From: Candidatus Beckwithbacteria bacterium GW2011_GWC1_49_16
Lineage (GTDB): Bacteria > Patescibacteriota > Microgenomatia > UBA1400 > CG1-02-47-37
Length of the DNA: 64,000 bases
Reading direction: 5' to 3'
NCBI GenBank assembly: GCA_001029675.1
Contig: CP011210.1
Coordinates: 777,280 to 841,279, forward strand
A program made the translations under genes and the position numbers. Shown here one piece after another: positions 63,522 to 64,000 of the stretch. The notes beneath the pieces were generated by a model, which saw only the letters and a program-made list of their open reading frames with translations, searched no databases and was not told the origin of the DNA. Positions within the stretch are counted from its first letter, which is position 1. Each line of letters starts with the position of its first letter.

Positions 63522-64000
63522 AAATTTCTGATCACCTTGGAGAAAAATCTTTGCTTGATAATACTGAGGAAGCCGGATACCTAAAAGACGTGTTGGTGGA
63601 CGCCGACGCTCTGGTGGCTTTGGCAAAAACTAATGACTCTAACCATAAAAGAGCGATAAGGTTGAGTGAAAAATTACAAAAAGCAGGAGTTAGCTTTTAC
63701 TTCTCTCCGTTTACTGTGGCTGAAGCAACGACGGTTTTAAGTTATAAAACCAGTCAGCCAGATGCAAAAAAATTTCTTAAACAAATCAGGAGCCTACAGA
63801 TTCCGGTACTTGAGTTGCCCGAAAAGTTTAGCAGCCTTGCCGATGAGTGGTTTTTAAAACAGAAGCAAAAGGGAACTTCATATTTTGATTGTTACAACAT
63901 GGCCCTTTTGGATAGATATAAAAAACAATTGGTGGCAATTTTTAGCTTTGACGTTATCTATAAAAAGAACGGCTTTACGCTGGTTGCAGAGATGGTTTAA
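63518..64000 (+). CDS. PIN-domain (VapC-like) toxin
   Basis: VLVDADALVA..D..H, AEATT, SYFDC, FSFD. Confidence 0.87.
   Translation: MKISDHLGEKSLLDNTEEAGYLKDVLVDADALVALAKTNDSNHKRAIRLSEKLQKAGVSFYFSPFTVAEATTVLSYKTSQPDAKKFLKQIRSLQIPVLELPEKFSSLADEWFLKQKQKGTSYFDCYNMALLDRYKKQLVAIFSFDVIYKKNGFTLVAEMV

Noticed and set aside
1-64000. Alternative genetic code with TGA read as Gly or Trp
   Set aside because: Conserved genes are full length in the standard code and several end at TGA with ATGA coupling to the next gene

Overview
A 64 kb stretch of gene-dense bacterial chromosome in the standard code (TGA is a stop). The gene inventory and style suggest Patescibacteria/CPR, probably Microgenomates; this is inference. 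Housekeeping content includes prfB, ftsEX, galE, lon, tpiA, thiI, greA, typA, gltX, aspS, recJ, cca, secDF, uppP, miaA, miaB, tRNA-Gln(CTG) and RNase P RNA, plus two type II toxin-antitoxin pairs and a Fic gene. There is no CRISPR array, prophage or rRNA. Three signals stand out. (1) A REP-like palindrome family (ATCACACACCGGGTGTGTGAT) occurs four times: two identical copies flank a RAYT-type HUH transposase and encode the last residues and stop codon (HTPGV*) of both neighbouring genes, cca and secF, while two variant copies flank an EamA gene like a cassette. (2) A 5.0 kb integrase-free insertion carries one 1648-aa M48-peptidase/ABC1-kinase fusion gene and is bounded by a 30-bp duplication of the 3' end of a LUD-domain gene. 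(3) Several small hairpin or heptamer-repeat segments lie in frame inside core genes (miaB, miaA, cca, recJ) and in RNase P RNA. All calls come from reading motifs by eye; no searches were run.
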